From assembly GCA_965242925.1 (NCBI GenBank), contig CBDEUM010000012.1:64001-128000 (forward strand): a DNA stretch of 64,000 nt, written 5' to 3'. This DNA comes from Roseibacillus sp. Lineage in GTDB: Bacteria; Verrucomicrobiota; Verrucomicrobiia; Verrucomicrobiales; Akkermansiaceae. Below, one piece after another: positions 1 through 10,206 of this stretch. The notes under the pieces are model-generated. The model made no database searches. It saw only the letters and a program-made list of their open reading frames with translations, and had not been told where the DNA came from. The position numbers and the translations under genes are program-made. Every line of letters starts with the position of its first letter. Positions within the stretch are counted from its first letter, which is position 1.

Positions 1-167
1 TGCTCAGATCCCGATGGTTCGTCAACGGTCCGGCAAATGGGCAACGCCTGCCCACACACAATCTCTCTTCCACACTCTCCCCCGACACCGTGATCACCCT
101 CTGGCAAGCATCCCCACCCAGGCTGTCTGTGCTGGACACCAGGGCCTCAGGGCATACATTACCACAC

Positions 168-845
168 ATGAAAACATACATTCTGGCAGCCATGGTACTG
201 GCAGGCATCACCCAACTGAGCCTTGCAAACCTGAAAATCCCCCGTTCTGTCTATCAGGTTGAGGACATGGAGGAAGCCATGGCCACAGCCACCGAAAAGG
301 AGAAGCCTCTCATCTTTGTCTTCACTGACCCGGGCACCACATGAGGATCTTGCCTGGCCGCCAGTTCGGAGGCCTTCAAGTCGTTTAAGTCTGTCGGCGT
401 GGTTGTTTTTGCCAATTCGAGAACGGATTTCGGCAACCTTCCCGCTGGAGCCAGGGAAGTGCGCGCCAAGGGCGGCAACACCATTCCGATGGTGTTTGTC
501 ACAACCGCTGACGGACGGAAGGGCATTGACGCGATCCCCTACACCTCTCTGAAAAACGACATGCGGAAATCCGTGCGCACCCTCCGGACCACCCTGGAAA
601 ACGTCGATGTGCTGAATGGTGGCGCGGAAGCCGACCGCAAGACGACGGAAGATGATGCGACCTCTCCTGCCGCCGACCAGCCTGAGTTCACGGAATGGAA
701 GAACACTGCCGGGCGCGTCATCGAGGCCGCCGCCAGGGAAGTGAAGGGCGGCAAAGTCCTCTTCCTCCTCCCGAACGGAAAGACGGTCTGGTACGATATC
801 TCCAACCTTTCCAAGGCAAGCCGGAAGAAGCTCCCCGGGGAATAG
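168..845 (+). CDS. Exported thioredoxin-fold protein with C-terminal SHD1-like domain; probable selenoprotein (Sec at TGA 342-344, UxxC motif), 225 aa
   Basis: ORFs 90..344 and 399..845 share a frame and are separated only by TGA 342-344. The joined product is: signal peptide MKTYILAAMVLAGITQLSLA; Trx-like EEAMATATEKEKPLIFVFTDPGTT-U-GSC; cis-Pro-like TIPMVFVTTADG; SHD1-like tail FTEWKNTAGRVIEAAAREVKGGKVLFLLPNGKTVWYDISNLS. Confidence 0.85.
345..382 (+). promoter_or_regulatory. Putative bacterial SECIS element
   Basis: The upper stem GGCC-G-CC (356-362)/GG-A-GGCC (368-374) starts 11 nt after UGA and closes loop AGUUC. A lower stem CUUG (349-352)/CAAG (377-380) is also possible. The apical GU is at positions 23-24 counting the UGA U as 1, the same register as E. 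coli fdhF. Confidence 0.75.
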
Positions 846-870
846 AATTCCGGCAATTCGACAATTCCGG

Positions 871-909
871 AACGCCGCGACCTTGTTCCAGGTCACGGCG
901 TTTTCGTTT
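871..909 (+). terminator. Rho-independent terminator
   Basis: AACGCCG-C-GACCT / AGGTC-A-CGGCGTT hairpin followed by TTCGTTT, between convergent genes. Confidence 0.65.
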
Positions 910-943
910 CCATGAAGAACCGGCGGGATGCTCTGAACCGTCG

Positions 944-2416
944 CTACCGCGGGATCCTGACCAGGGTGTAGTAAGCCTCGGGATGCAGGAGCTTGGCACC
1001 GTCCCGGGCGATCAGATTGCTCATCACCAATTCGTGCACATACCCGGCCCGCATTCCGTCGAGGGTCAGGCGCACCGCCCTTCCCTCTTCCAGCACCTCG
1101 GCGGACTTGATGGCGACCGGTTGGGTGTCTGCCTCCGGCCCACCATAACGCGACTCCAGCTTGTAGGTGTAACTTTTCATAGCGTAGTTTTCCACCCTCC
1201 CGGCTGCCGCCATGTCCACCGGCTTGGTGAAAGTCAGGAGGAACCCGCCCTTCTGCACCTTCATGCTGTGAACCTCGAAGGGCAGCTTGCCCGTCCAGCG
1301 CAACCGCTGGAATCCCCAACCCTTGTTTCCCCGGCCTCCCCAGCCCGCATTCGACATCCCCACGAACATCGAGGCATCTTTACCGAAGGCCACGCGAATG
1401 ATTCCGCACTGGAACCCCTCACGAAACCGGAAGCATGCGCCCTGCCAGTGGCCTTCCACTTTTTCGAGAAACACCCGCATGACCCAGGCGTGGTGCTGAT
1501 CAGCCACAAAGAGCTGCCCCGCGAACGGACCAAACCCGCCCCCGGAGGTATCCCAGCACATCCCGCTCGGGCTCTTGCCCATCTTGTTGTAGGGAAACCA
1601 GACCGCCGGCATTTTCCACTGGGGGATCGTTTCATGAAGATCCTTCATGAAGGTCCCCGATTTGGGGCTGGGAATCTGATCGAAGGGGGATCCGGCCAGT
1701 TCCTTGCTCGGCAAGCCATGGGGATGTCCGTGAAATTCGCCCTTGGCGAGGTGCGATAGTTTGGAGGCGTTGCACCATTCACCCTGGTTGTCTGTGTAGA
1801 AGATCTCCCCATCGGGACTCGCTTCAACCCCGGCAGGTGAACGCAGGCCCGTGCACATGGGCTCCATCCTGCCCGTCCGGGGATCGATCCGAACGGCCCA
1901 CCCCCGCCAGTGAGCCCGTCCATAGGGCTGACCCCCGAAGGGCTTGTTGAGGGTAATCCACATCTTGCCGTCCTTGTCCATTCGTGGACCGAAATTGTAT
2001 TCATGATAGTTGCCGCTGATTTCCCAGTCGTCACAGACCGTGATGAACTCATCGGCTTTCCCGTCACCATCTGAATCCCGCATCCGGGTCAACTCGCCCC
2101 GCTGGGCGGTATAGACCCAGCCCTCGTGCTCCAGGAAGCCAAGGGGTTGAGCCAGCCCGCGTGCATATTTCCTGTAGGAAACCTTTTCCGGGTCATCCTC
2201 GTAGGCCCCCTCCGCGAAAAACACATCACCGGTGCGGGTTCCCAGCAGGATGCTCCCGTCCCCAAGTTTGGTCAGGGCACCTATTTCAAGTTTGAGCCCC
2301 CGGTCCGGGAAGGTGTCGATCCTGTAGAATTCATCCTCGGAATTCTGGGCTGCCGCCGAGAGACCGGCGACAGTGAAAAGGACAGGAAGAATGCGACGCA
2401 TCTGATGAGCTACCAT
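944..2416 (-). CDS. Secreted beta-propeller protein (sorbosone-dehydrogenase-like / DUF7133-like), partner of upstream multiheme protein
   Basis: 490-aa ORF with signal peptide (MRRILPVLFTVAGLSAAA; start may be 2401) and motifs DSDGDGKAD, GNYHEYNFG, GLRSPAG, TDNQGEW. Overlaps the stop of the upstream gene. Confidence 0.75.
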   Translation of the reverse strand: MVAHQMRRILPVLFTVAGLSAAAQNSEDEFYRIDTFPDRGLKLEIGALTKLGDGSILLGTRTGDVFFAEGAYEDDPEKVSYRKYARGLAQPLGFLEHEGWVYTAQRGELTRMRDSDGDGKADEFITVCDDWEISGNYHEYNFGPRMDKDGKMWITLNKPFGGQPYGRAHWRGWAVRIDPRTGRMEPMCTGLRSPAGVEASPDGEIFYTDNQGEWCNASKLSHLAKGEFHGHPHGLPSKELAGSPFDQIPSPKSGTFMKDLHETIPQWKMPAVWFPYNKMGKSPSGMCWDTSGGGFGPFAGQLFVADQHHAWVMRVFLEKVEGHWQGACFRFREGFQCGIIRVAFGKDASMFVGMSNAGWGGRGNKGWGFQRLRWTGKLPFEVHSMKVQKGGFLLTFTKPVDMAAAGRVENYAMKSYTYKLESRYGGPEADTQPVAIKSAEVLEEGRAVRLTLDGMRAGYVHELVMSNLIARDGAKLLHPEAYYTLVRIPR

Positions 2417-5340
2417 TTGATCCGAATGTTGAATTCCAGTTGATCTCCCGGGGCCAGAGAGAGCGGCACCATCAGCTCAAGGCCTCCCGATCCCTCACGA
2501 ACAGAAGGTTGCATCTCCTGGTTCCCTTCAATCCAGAGCGAAACCTTCTTGTCAACAGCCCATGATCCATCGTCCCGCTTCTCAATCGCCTGCCCTGTCG
2601 CGGCTATGAACGTCAGGCCCTTTCGCGCGAAGTCCTTCCCGGCCCTGAGCTTGAAGTGGCGCTGCAGGACGGCTCCTCCTGGCTGGAGAACCGGTTTGGG
2701 CTGCTCCTGGATGAGGCAGCCTCCAAGCTGATACTGAAAGACCGGTTCGCCATTAGATGTCAGGCGGTAACCCTGGAACTCACCACCCACGTCCCGATCT
2801 GTCTTGCCCACGGAGGGCCAGGGAGCGGCGGGCGTTTCCAGGAAGGCAAAGGCGGGCCCCGCCGGGAAATTGTAGATATCCGTCCCCAGAGGGCTGAAAA
2901 ACTTGTCGCTGCGACCGCTTGCCACCCCGGAAGAATCAAAAAAACGTCCCCTCCAGGTCTTCGCCAAGCGGGTGACATTGGCATCAAATGCCACGTGAAC
3001 CCGCTCCGGGAAGCCCGCCACGATGGCCCGGGGCCCCACGTCGGTCATGAAAGTACGGTGCACGATAGGCTCGAGGAGAGGCTTGAGTTCACTTCCTGTT
3101 CCCCCTTCTTCAGCTATTCCAGGCGGGGGAGGCATGGATTTACCGAGGGAGAGGTAGTTCCAGATTCCCTCAACCTGCCTGTTGGTATCGCCCCCTGCGA
3201 TTTTCTTGAAGGAGGCCACTCCACCAGGCCAGAACGCCGGCATGCGGGTGTCCCTGTTGAAAGCCTGAGGATTGTGAAGAAAACGGACGAACCAGCCCGG
3301 GGTGAGCCGCTGCTGCATTTCCGCAAGGTCAATGCCGGGAATTCCCACCGCCTGACGTCCTCCCACATTATGACAGGTGATACAGACGAGCCCACCCGTG
3401 CCAACCAGGGCCTGTCCGTCGCGGGCTGATCCATAGTTGAATTCAACAGCCCTGGCGTCATCAGGCCGGGCGTCGGCTTCAAGAAAGGCCGCCACCAGCG
3501 GCTCCAGGTTCTCCTTGCCGAAACCCGGCATGCGGGTGGACATGAATCGTCCCCGCACATGCATCTCACCGTGATAGAGGATTCGTTCCAGTGCTTCCTT
3601 GCGGAACTTGGATCCGGCCGTATCCAGGTTGGGGGGGATTTTCCCCTCCTCCCCCAGATCAATCTCCATCTTGGTTCCGAAGAACCCGCGACGCGAGTCA
3701 TCAGGTCCTCCCTGCCCCCCCCTCTGGTGGCAGGCATAACAGTTGAAGGAGGCCAGATGCTTCTGCACAATCTGCCCGGCCGTTAAAGGCTCCCGCCGCT
3801 CTTCCCTGAGTGCCAGAGCCTCCTTCAGCGCCGACCGCTGGACTTGCGAAAGATTGTAGTCTGGCGCGTTCGCCGGCACGTTCTCCGAAAGACAGCCCCG
3901 GTCAGGGACGAGATCCGCGAAAGGGTTTGCGCCTGGAGACGACTCCCGCCCGGGCAGAGAATGGCATGAAGCACAACCGCGGTTGACGAAAATCTTCGCC
4001 CCTCCTGCCACCTTTTGCTGATCGATCACCATGGTCTCGTGCCCAACCGGAGACATCGGATTCCCCCGCGGCAGGAAGAGGTTCCAGGAGGGAATACGTT
4101 GCTTGGGGACATCCGGCCCCTGCCATCCCACCCCAAAAATCGCACTATCCGTTTTTTGGAAGTAGCGCACGTCCAACTCGTGTTCACCCGCCTTCAGTTC
4201 CACCGAACCCGACACCTCCTTCCGGGTATGCACCCCATCACTGTCCACCACCGGCTCCCCATTAAGGAGCACCTGTGAGCCGTCATCCGAAACCGTGAAG
4301 AATGTCCACTTCCCGTCTTTCGGAACCTTGAGGATCGCACGCCAACGCATTGCGAAATCCTGGCGCCGCTTCTGGAAGCCCATGTTGAAGGTGATGGTTC
4401 CATGCGTTCCACTCTTCGTGGCCGTGAGTGTCTCGAAGTCAGGCAATCTGTCTCCCAGAGGCGCCTCGAAATACTCCCACCGCACACCCGGCTCCGCCTT
4501 GGTCTTTAACCCGGATTGATTCTTCAACTGGTCCCGAAGGAGATACACTGCCAGGGCATGCGCTTCATTCTCCGACAGCCACAACCTGGGCATGCGCCCG
4601 GACCTGCGAATCTTGAGAGGATCGAGAAGAAAGGCCGTCAAATGATCCACCGTGGTCTTCGCGGCCAGTTCCCCGAGAGGGATTGCCGAAGCCCCGGGAC
4701 CCTCTATCGGCATCTCCGGTTCGTGACAGGAAACACAGCCCACCGAGTGATACAAATCGCGGCCGCGCTCCACCAGACGCGCACTGCCACCACGCCCGGA
4801 GGATTGGATCCCACCCCCCTGCGATACCAGAAAATGCACCAGCGACTCGACTTCTGCCTGCCGGTCCCCGGCCGCTGTGCCATGAAAGAGGTCCGGCATG
4901 GTCGTGCCCGGCTTCACTTCGTGATTCTCCGAAAGAAACCTGCGCAGATAACCGGGAGTTACCCTGGCCCCGACGGCGGAGAGATCCGGCGCCCTCTTGG
5001 TCGCAACCACCGGAGTGTCCCCCTGCTGCTCGTGGCAGGAGAGACAGTTGAGTTCACCCAGGAGAAGTTCCCCTGCGGCGGCCTTTCCTTCCGGATCACC
5101 GTGCAGCAGATCAAAGGCGGGAACCACCGGTTCCCCGGAAATCAATCCGTGGCTGAGAACAGGAAAAACCGCAAACAGCAACAAGCGAGAAGGACCGCCT
5201 AAACTCACCCCCCGACTATGAGAAGCCGAACCATGGAGCGGCAAGCCGAATTGCACGATCCATCCCGGAAGACAGGGTGGTGAAGGTGGAACTACGCACT
5301 CCTCCCCGATCTCGCTCACCGTTAAGTGAGCGTCCGCCAC
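2410..5340 (-). CDS. Multiheme c-type cytochrome with PA14 domain
   Basis: Five CxxCH motifs (CLSCH, CVSCH, CASCH, CYACH, CITCH) and a PA14-like segment (WTFFTVSDDGSQVLLNG...DGVH...GEHELDVRYFQ). The true start may lie downstream of 5340. Confidence 0.8.
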   Translation of the reverse strand: MADAHLTVSEIGEECVVPPSPPCLPGWIVQFGLPLHGSASHSRGVSLGGPSRLLLFAVFPVLSHGLISGEPVVPAFDLLHGDPEGKAAAGELLLGELNCLSCHEQQGDTPVVATKRAPDLSAVGARVTPGYLRRFLSENHEVKPGTTMPDLFHGTAAGDRQAEVESLVHFLVSQGGGIQSSGRGGSARLVERGRDLYHSVGCVSCHEPEMPIEGPGASAIPLGELAAKTTVDHLTAFLLDPLKIRRSGRMPRLWLSENEAHALAVYLLRDQLKNQSGLKTKAEPGVRWEYFEAPLGDRLPDFETLTATKSGTHGTITFNMGFQKRRQDFAMRWRAILKVPKDGKWTFFTVSDDGSQVLLNGEPVVDSDGVHTRKEVSGSVELKAGEHELDVRYFQKTDSAIFGVGWQGPDVPKQRIPSWNLFLPRGNPMSPVGHETMVIDQQKVAGGAKIFVNRGCASCHSLPGRESSPGANPFADLVPDRGCLSENVPANAPDYNLSQVQRSALKEALALREERREPLTAGQIVQKHLASFNCYACHQRGGQGGPDDSRRGFFGTKMEIDLGEEGKIPPNLDTAGSKFRKEALERILYHGEMHVRGRFMSTRMPGFGKENLEPLVAAFLEADARPDDARAVEFNYGSARDGQALVGTGGLVCITCHNVGGRQAVGIPGIDLAEMQQRLTPGWFVRFLHNPQAFNRDTRMPAFWPGGVASFKKIAGGDTNRQVEGIWNYLSLGKSMPPPPGIAEEGGTGSELKPLLEPIVHRTFMTDVGPRAIVAGFPERVHVAFDANVTRLAKTWRGRFFDSSGVASGRSDKFFSPLGTDIYNFPAGPAFAFLETPAAPWPSVGKTDRDVGGEFQGYRLTSNGEPVFQYQLGGCLIQEQPKPVLQPGGAVLQRHFKLRAGKDFARKGLTFIAATGQAIEKRDDGSWAVDKKVSLWIEGNQEMQPSVREGSGGLELMVPLSLAPGDQLEFNIRIKW

Positions 5341-5350
5341 GGGATTTGCT

Positions 5351-6556
5351 CTACTTCGCTCCAGTCTTCCCCCAGTCCGGCACGGTCCCGTCTCCGGTCT
5401 CCTTGCCCCCGAGCACCCAGCTCAGGTTGAAGCGGGCCAGGGTGGATCCTCCCTTGGGGCCTCCCTCAAAATGGAGGAAGACCAGCCCCTCGGTTTTCGT
5501 CCCGGGACGTCCCGAGGTCATCGCGGAGTAGCCAAAGGCTCCTTGGAAAACGAGCCGTTTGATGGGCCAGGTCTTTCCGCCATCAAAGCTCGCCCAAACC
5601 GTGCCGAGCCTGCGGCCACCCGGACTGTCACAGTTACTGTAGAGGAGAATGTCGCGCCCCTTCACATTCAGCCGGGTCAACCCGGCCATGCACCCGTAGT
5701 TCGTATTCTGGGGACCGTCCGGGAGCACCTTGCAATAGGTCAGGTCTTTCCAGGTCTTGCCTCCATCCGTGCTTGTAGCCGTCCAGCGTCGGCGGGGATC
5801 AGCCCCTTCCTCCGCCCAGTGTCGGCGCGAATTATAATACACCGTGCCATCGCTCAGCTCCGCGATGGTGGCTTCACCTGTTCCCTTGGCTGGAAAAGGA
5901 TCACTGGTCTCCCAGGTCTTTCCCCCGTCGTCGCTGAAGACTGCATTGGTGTAATGCTCCGGCCATTTCTCCCGCGCATTTTTGCCGGCATACCAGCGCG
6001 AAGGACGGATAATCCTGCCCGCATGCTTGCCATGCCGCAGGGTGATTCCGTGATCATTCATGTGCATCGAGGGCACGTTCCCCTTCGAGTCCGGCTTGAT
6101 GATGGCCTCAACCTTCTCCCAGCTCTTACCGTGATCCCCGCTCTTGAAGACATGGAGAGGCGCGGGAGGATGACGCTCTTCCACGAAAGCGAAGATCTCA
6201 CCCGTTCCCTCGCTCACGGTGAGTCCCCCGCACTGGAATCCAGGCTTCGAAATGGTGATCTCCTCGCTCCAGGTGGCCCCGGCGTCCTGGCTGAGCCGGG
6301 CCCGCACGCTGCTGGTCCCGAAGGTGGCCACCACCGTGCCATCAACACCCACCACCACATTGGGAAATCGTTCCCCCCGGAAGACCTGGGTCAACTCCAA
6401 CGCGGCCTTGCCGAGGTGAGCGTCAAGTTTGCCTTCGGCCGGAAGTCCGGAGGCGGTTTGAGGTTCTGCTGCTGTTCCTATACTAGTCAGCGTCCAACCA
6501 CAGAGAGCGGTGAGAACGAGACCACGGGCCATCTTTTCAAAGGTATGTGCGCGCAT
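5351..6556 (-). CDS. Sialidase/neuraminidase-like (GH33/BNR Asp-box) protein
   Basis: ERFP (RIP-like) motif and five Asp boxes (SQDAGATW, SGDHGKSW, SDDGGKTW, STDGGKTW, SFDGGKTW). Signal peptide follows ATG 6556 or 6533; the ORF-track start at 6736 overlaps the divergent gene. Confidence 0.85.
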   Translation of the reverse strand: MRAHTFEKMARGLVLTALCGWTLTSIGTAAEPQTASGLPAEGKLDAHLGKAALELTQVFRGERFPNVVVGVDGTVVATFGTSSVRARLSQDAGATWSEEITISKPGFQCGGLTVSEGTGEIFAFVEERHPPAPLHVFKSGDHGKSWEKVEAIIKPDSKGNVPSMHMNDHGITLRHGKHAGRIIRPSRWYAGKNAREKWPEHYTNAVFSDDGGKTWETSDPFPAKGTGEATIAELSDGTVYYNSRRHWAEEGADPRRRWTATSTDGGKTWKDLTYCKVLPDGPQNTNYGCMAGLTRLNVKGRDILLYSNCDSPGGRRLGTVWASFDGGKTWPIKRLVFQGAFGYSAMTSGRPGTKTEGLVFLHFEGGPKGGSTLARFNLSWVLGGKETGDGTVPDWGKTGAK

Positions 6557-6617
6557 GGTGGCTTGGTATGTTGACAAGGAGCATGATCCCCATTGCAGTG
6601 GTCGTCGACTCCAATCA

Positions 6618-9600
6618 ATGAAGGCCCTAACACCCGGCCCCGGCACTGGCAAGCGGAAGAAGCTCACATCCCTGATCGCCCTGACGACATGTGGACTGGT
6701 CCTTGGGGGGACAATCAACGGTGCTGAAAAGAACACGCCCTTTCAATCACCTCCACTGGAGCTACGGGACGGATTCGAAATTACCCTCGCTGCCGCTCCC
6801 CCTCTTCTCAAGTATCCCATGATGGCCTGCCTCGACGACAAAGGCCGTCTTTATGTGGCCGAAAGCGACGGACGCAATCTCACCACCCGCAAGGAGATCG
6901 AAAAGGAACGCCCTCGCTTCGTGCGCCGCCTCACCGATACGGATGGCGACGGCGTCTTCGACCAGAGCACCATTTTTGCTGACAGAATGACCATGCCGGA
7001 GGGTGGCCTCTGGCACAACGGGGCCCTTTACATCGTCTCCGCCCCTTACCTCTGGAGACTGGAGGACACGGACGACGACGGCGTGGCCGACAAGCGTGAG
7101 AAAATCATCGGGGAGATGGAGTTCGATGGCCGGGCCAACCAGCACGGCCCCTACCTCGGCCCCAATGGTCGACTCTACTTCAGCGGCGGCCACTTCGGTT
7201 ATCAGTTTACCGGACCGGACGGCAGCAGGACCGGGCAGAGCCGGGCGGGCGGAATCTTCTCCTGTCGCCCGGACGGGAGCGACGTGCGAATCGACGGGCA
7301 GGGACCGATCAACCCGGTGGACATCGCCTTCACCAGGGAGGGCGAGGTTCTTTCCACCGCCGCCATCTACGACAGCTTCGGCGGCAAGCGCCATGACGCA
7401 CTCATTCACTGGTTTCCCCGCGGACTCACCCAGCGACTCTACGGACAACCCCTCCTCCCGGAAACCGGCCACCGCGTTCCCGCCACCATTCGCTGGGGAC
7501 AGGTCGCCCCGGCCGGCTTGATGCGTTACCGCGGAATGCAGTTCGGCGATGACTACCGTGACACCCTTTTCGCCTGCCACTTCAATTCCAACCGGGTGCG
7601 CCATATCAGACTCATCTCCGACGGCGCCACCTTCACTGCCAGGGACGGGGATTTCCTCACCTCCTCCAGCCGGGACTTTCATCCCACCGATATTCTGGAA
7701 GATGCGGATGGGAGTTTGCTCCTGTTGGACACGGGAGGCTGGTTGAGCTGGGGGTGTCCGCACTCCAAGGCCGCCAAGCCCGAGGTGCTCGGTGCGATCT
7801 ACCGGATCCGCAGGAAGGAGGGATCCTCCCCGACCGATCCCCGGGGCGCGAAGATCCAATGGGACCAATTGGCCGCCACAAACCTCGCCAAACTGCTTGG
7901 CGATCCCCGCCCTGCCGTGCGTGACCGGGCCCAGGCACAGCTCATCGCCCTGGGGGAACGGGCCTTCAAATCCCTCGCGCAACTCTGCTCTCCAAATCTC
8001 ACCAGGGATGCCGACGTTCGCAGAAGGGCCGTCTTCACCATCTCGCAACTGAGCGTTCCCGGGATCAGCCAGCAACTCCGTTCCTCCCTGGAGGACCCTT
8101 CCGTGGAAGTCCGGCGGGCAGCCGCGCGCTCCCTGGGAGAACTCCGGATCGGTGAAGCCGTACCAATTCTTGCAAAGGCCCTGACCGACCAGGATGCCGC
8201 CGTGCGCCGGGTGGCCGCCACTGCCCTGGGACGGATTGGCGACAGGGAAGCGATCGGGTTTCTCTTCCGTTCCCTGCAGGAGAATTCCCAGGCGGCCTTC
8301 CAACATGCCATCCGGTTGGCCCTGATCGAGATCGGGGACGCCAAGGGTTGCCTGCCCTGGCTCAAGGGCCCCGCCCCTCACCACCAGGCCACCGCCCTGC
8401 GCGTCATGGAGCAGATCAATCCCAAGTCTCTCGAACTGGAAACCGTGGTTCCCTTCCTGCGCTCCGCCCTCCCCGTGCTGCGCAACGAAGCGAGGCGTAT
8501 CGTGGCCCGGCGCCCCGACTGGAAGGAGTCAGTCTTCTTGCTCTTCCGTGAACTTCTTGGCGAGGAGCAGCAGGATCCTTCCTCGGCTCAGTTGGCGGAG
8601 GAGATCATGATGAGCTTCGCGACCGACGAAGAGTTTCACCGCATGCTCGCCCGCCTTCTCTCCGACCAGGCCGCCAGCGAATCCTCCAGGCACCTCCTCC
8701 TGTCCTGCCTGGGCTACCTCGAACAACTTCCCGCGGACACCGCCCCTGCGGTGGGCTCCCTTCTCGAGAGTCCCTCGCGCAAACTCCGCGGTGAAGCCAT
8801 TCGTCTCGTCGTCAACTCGAATTCCTACTCTGGCTTCCAGAAGGCAGTGGAAGCCATGGCGATCAAGCCCGGAGAACACCCGCTCATCCGGGCCACCGCT
8901 CTCGAGGGCATCGCAGGACACGGAGGCAGTCTCTCCAACGAGCAGTTCACGGTGGCGGAGGGGTTGCTGAGTGATCCCGAATCTGCTCCGGAAGTGAAGA
9001 GACAGGCCGCCCGGGCCCTCAGCCGACTCGCAGTCCGTCAGGAGTCTCCGGGCCAGGCCGCGGCTCTCGTCCGCCTCGTCGCCACCGCCGCACCCTTCCA
9101 CCTCGGACTCCTGCTCAAACCCTTCCAGCACCTCGATCCCGGACAGTGGCCGAACGAGGAGTTTGATGCCCTCGGCACCACCCTGGCCGGGGCTCTCAGG
9201 GAAAGCCCAGGGCGCAAGGGTCTCAGTGGGGATCAGCTCACCGCCCTGTCCGGCAGGTTCCCCCCGGCCTATCCACAGGCTCACCGCGCCTTTGACGAAT
9301 TCGCGCGCACGAATACCGCCGATTCGCGGCAGCGGGAAGAAACCCTTGCGCGGCTCCTCAAGGCGGCCGACCAGGGCAATGCTTCCCGGGGCCGCGTCCT
9401 TTTCCACGCCAATCGCTCAACCTGTTCACTCTGTCACCGCATTGACAACCGCGGTGGCACCCTGGGACCGAATCTGAGCAGGATCGGGGCGATCAGAAGC
9501 GCCAAGGATCTCCTTGAGGCCATCGTCTTTCCCAGCGCCACCGTGGTGAACGGATTTGAATCCTACCTCCTGGCGGACAACAGGGGCAACGCCCACACCG

Positions 9601-9791
9601 GACTCATCCACCGCGAGACAGCGGATGCGATCTACCTCCGCCAGGCCGATCAGCAGGTCATCCGTATTCCCCGCGGCGAGATAAAAACGCTCCTGCGTTC
9701 TCCCGTTTCACTCATGCCAGCCGGACTGGAGGGAATCCTGAGCGACCAGGATCTCGCCGACCTGGTGGCCTACCTGCAGGTCTGCAAATAG
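6618..9791 (+). CDS. PVC-type heme-binding CxxCH protein (dehydrogenase-like propeller + HEAT repeats + cytochrome c)
   Basis: N-terminal propeller (DTDGDGVFD, FHPTDILEDADGSLL), HEAT-like repeats (DPRPAVRDRA, DPSVEVRRAAARSLG), and a C-terminal CSLCH...GPNLS...SLMPAGL cytochrome domain. Confidence 0.85.
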   Translation: MKALTPGPGTGKRKKLTSLIALTTCGLVLGGTINGAEKNTPFQSPPLELRDGFEITLAAAPPLLKYPMMACLDDKGRLYVAESDGRNLTTRKEIEKERPRFVRRLTDTDGDGVFDQSTIFADRMTMPEGGLWHNGALYIVSAPYLWRLEDTDDDGVADKREKIIGEMEFDGRANQHGPYLGPNGRLYFSGGHFGYQFTGPDGSRTGQSRAGGIFSCRPDGSDVRIDGQGPINPVDIAFTREGEVLSTAAIYDSFGGKRHDALIHWFPRGLTQRLYGQPLLPETGHRVPATIRWGQVAPAGLMRYRGMQFGDDYRDTLFACHFNSNRVRHIRLISDGATFTARDGDFLTSSSRDFHPTDILEDADGSLLLLDTGGWLSWGCPHSKAAKPEVLGAIYRIRRKEGSSPTDPRGAKIQWDQLAATNLAKLLGDPRPAVRDRAQAQLIALGERAFKSLAQLCSPNLTRDADVRRRAVFTISQLSVPGISQQLRSSLEDPSVEVRRAAARSLGELRIGEAVPILAKALTDQDAAVRRVAATALGRIGDREAIGFLFRSLQENSQAAFQHAIRLALIEIGDAKGCLPWLKGPAPHHQATALRVMEQINPKSLELETVVPFLRSALPVLRNEARRIVARRPDWKESVFLLFRELLGEEQQDPSSAQLAEEIMMSFATDEEFHRMLARLLSDQAASESSRHLLLSCLGYLEQLPADTAPAVGSLLESPSRKLRGEAIRLVVNSNSYSGFQKAVEAMAIKPGEHPLIRATALEGIAGHGGSLSNEQFTVAEGLLSDPESAPEVKRQAARALSRLAVRQESPGQAAALVRLVATAAPFHLGLLLKPFQHLDPGQWPNEEFDALGTTLAGALRESPGRKGLSGDQLTALSGRFPPAYPQAHRAFDEFARTNTADSRQREETLARLLKAADQGNASRGRVLFHANRSTCSLCHRIDNRGGTLGPNLSRIGAIRSAKDLLEAIVFPSATVVNGFESYLLADNRGNAHTGLIHRETADAIYLRQADQQVIRIPRGEIKTLLRSPVSLMPAGLEGILSDQDLADLVAYLQVCK

Positions 9792-9838
9792 GAGTGCCCC
9801 CCTCCCTTAAGCCTCCCCGGACAAGTGCAGAATAATCC

Positions 9839-10195
9839 TTAATCGGCTATCCACGTTCCAAGCCAGGGGGTCGCAATCCTGAACAGGGCGATACTGAAGA
9901 CCAGGGAGAGGCCGTAGATGATCAGATACTGAGAAATTCTCTTTTTCCTGTAGCCATGGAAAATCACGAGTGGTCCAACGGCAAAACTCAGAATCATCAG
10001 GACGATGCTGAGGAAGGCAGGAATTCCTCCGAAGAAACCTTTTGGGTCATGCCCGCCCATCGGATCTGCCCACTCCCCCAGTGAAGCGCTTGCACACACA
10101 TAGAACAACAGAGTAACGGTGTAGTGAATCAACGGCGTGCCGCAGAGAAAGAGGGCAGGCCAGCTTGTTGATGGTGTGTCTGCTCGCTCACTCAT
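9839..10195 (-). CDS. Small integral membrane protein (about 3 TM), hypothetical
   Basis: Three hydrophobic stretches; ATG at 10195 lies just after the upstream gene stop. Confidence 0.6.
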   Translation of the reverse strand: MSERADTPSTSWPALFLCGTPLIHYTVTLLFYVCASASLGEWADPMGGHDPKGFFGGIPAFLSIVLMILSFAVGPLVIFHGYRKKRISQYLIIYGLSLVFSIALFRIATPWLGTWIAD

Positions 10196-10206
10196 GGGAC
10201 GGCACG

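Noticed and set aside
342..344. Alternative genetic code (UGA=Trp/Gly) as the explanation for in-frame TGAs
   Set aside because: Many genes here end properly at TGA (e.g. trpB, rnpA, DUF1501 at 41236) and Trp is encoded by TGG, so any readthrough must be site-specific.
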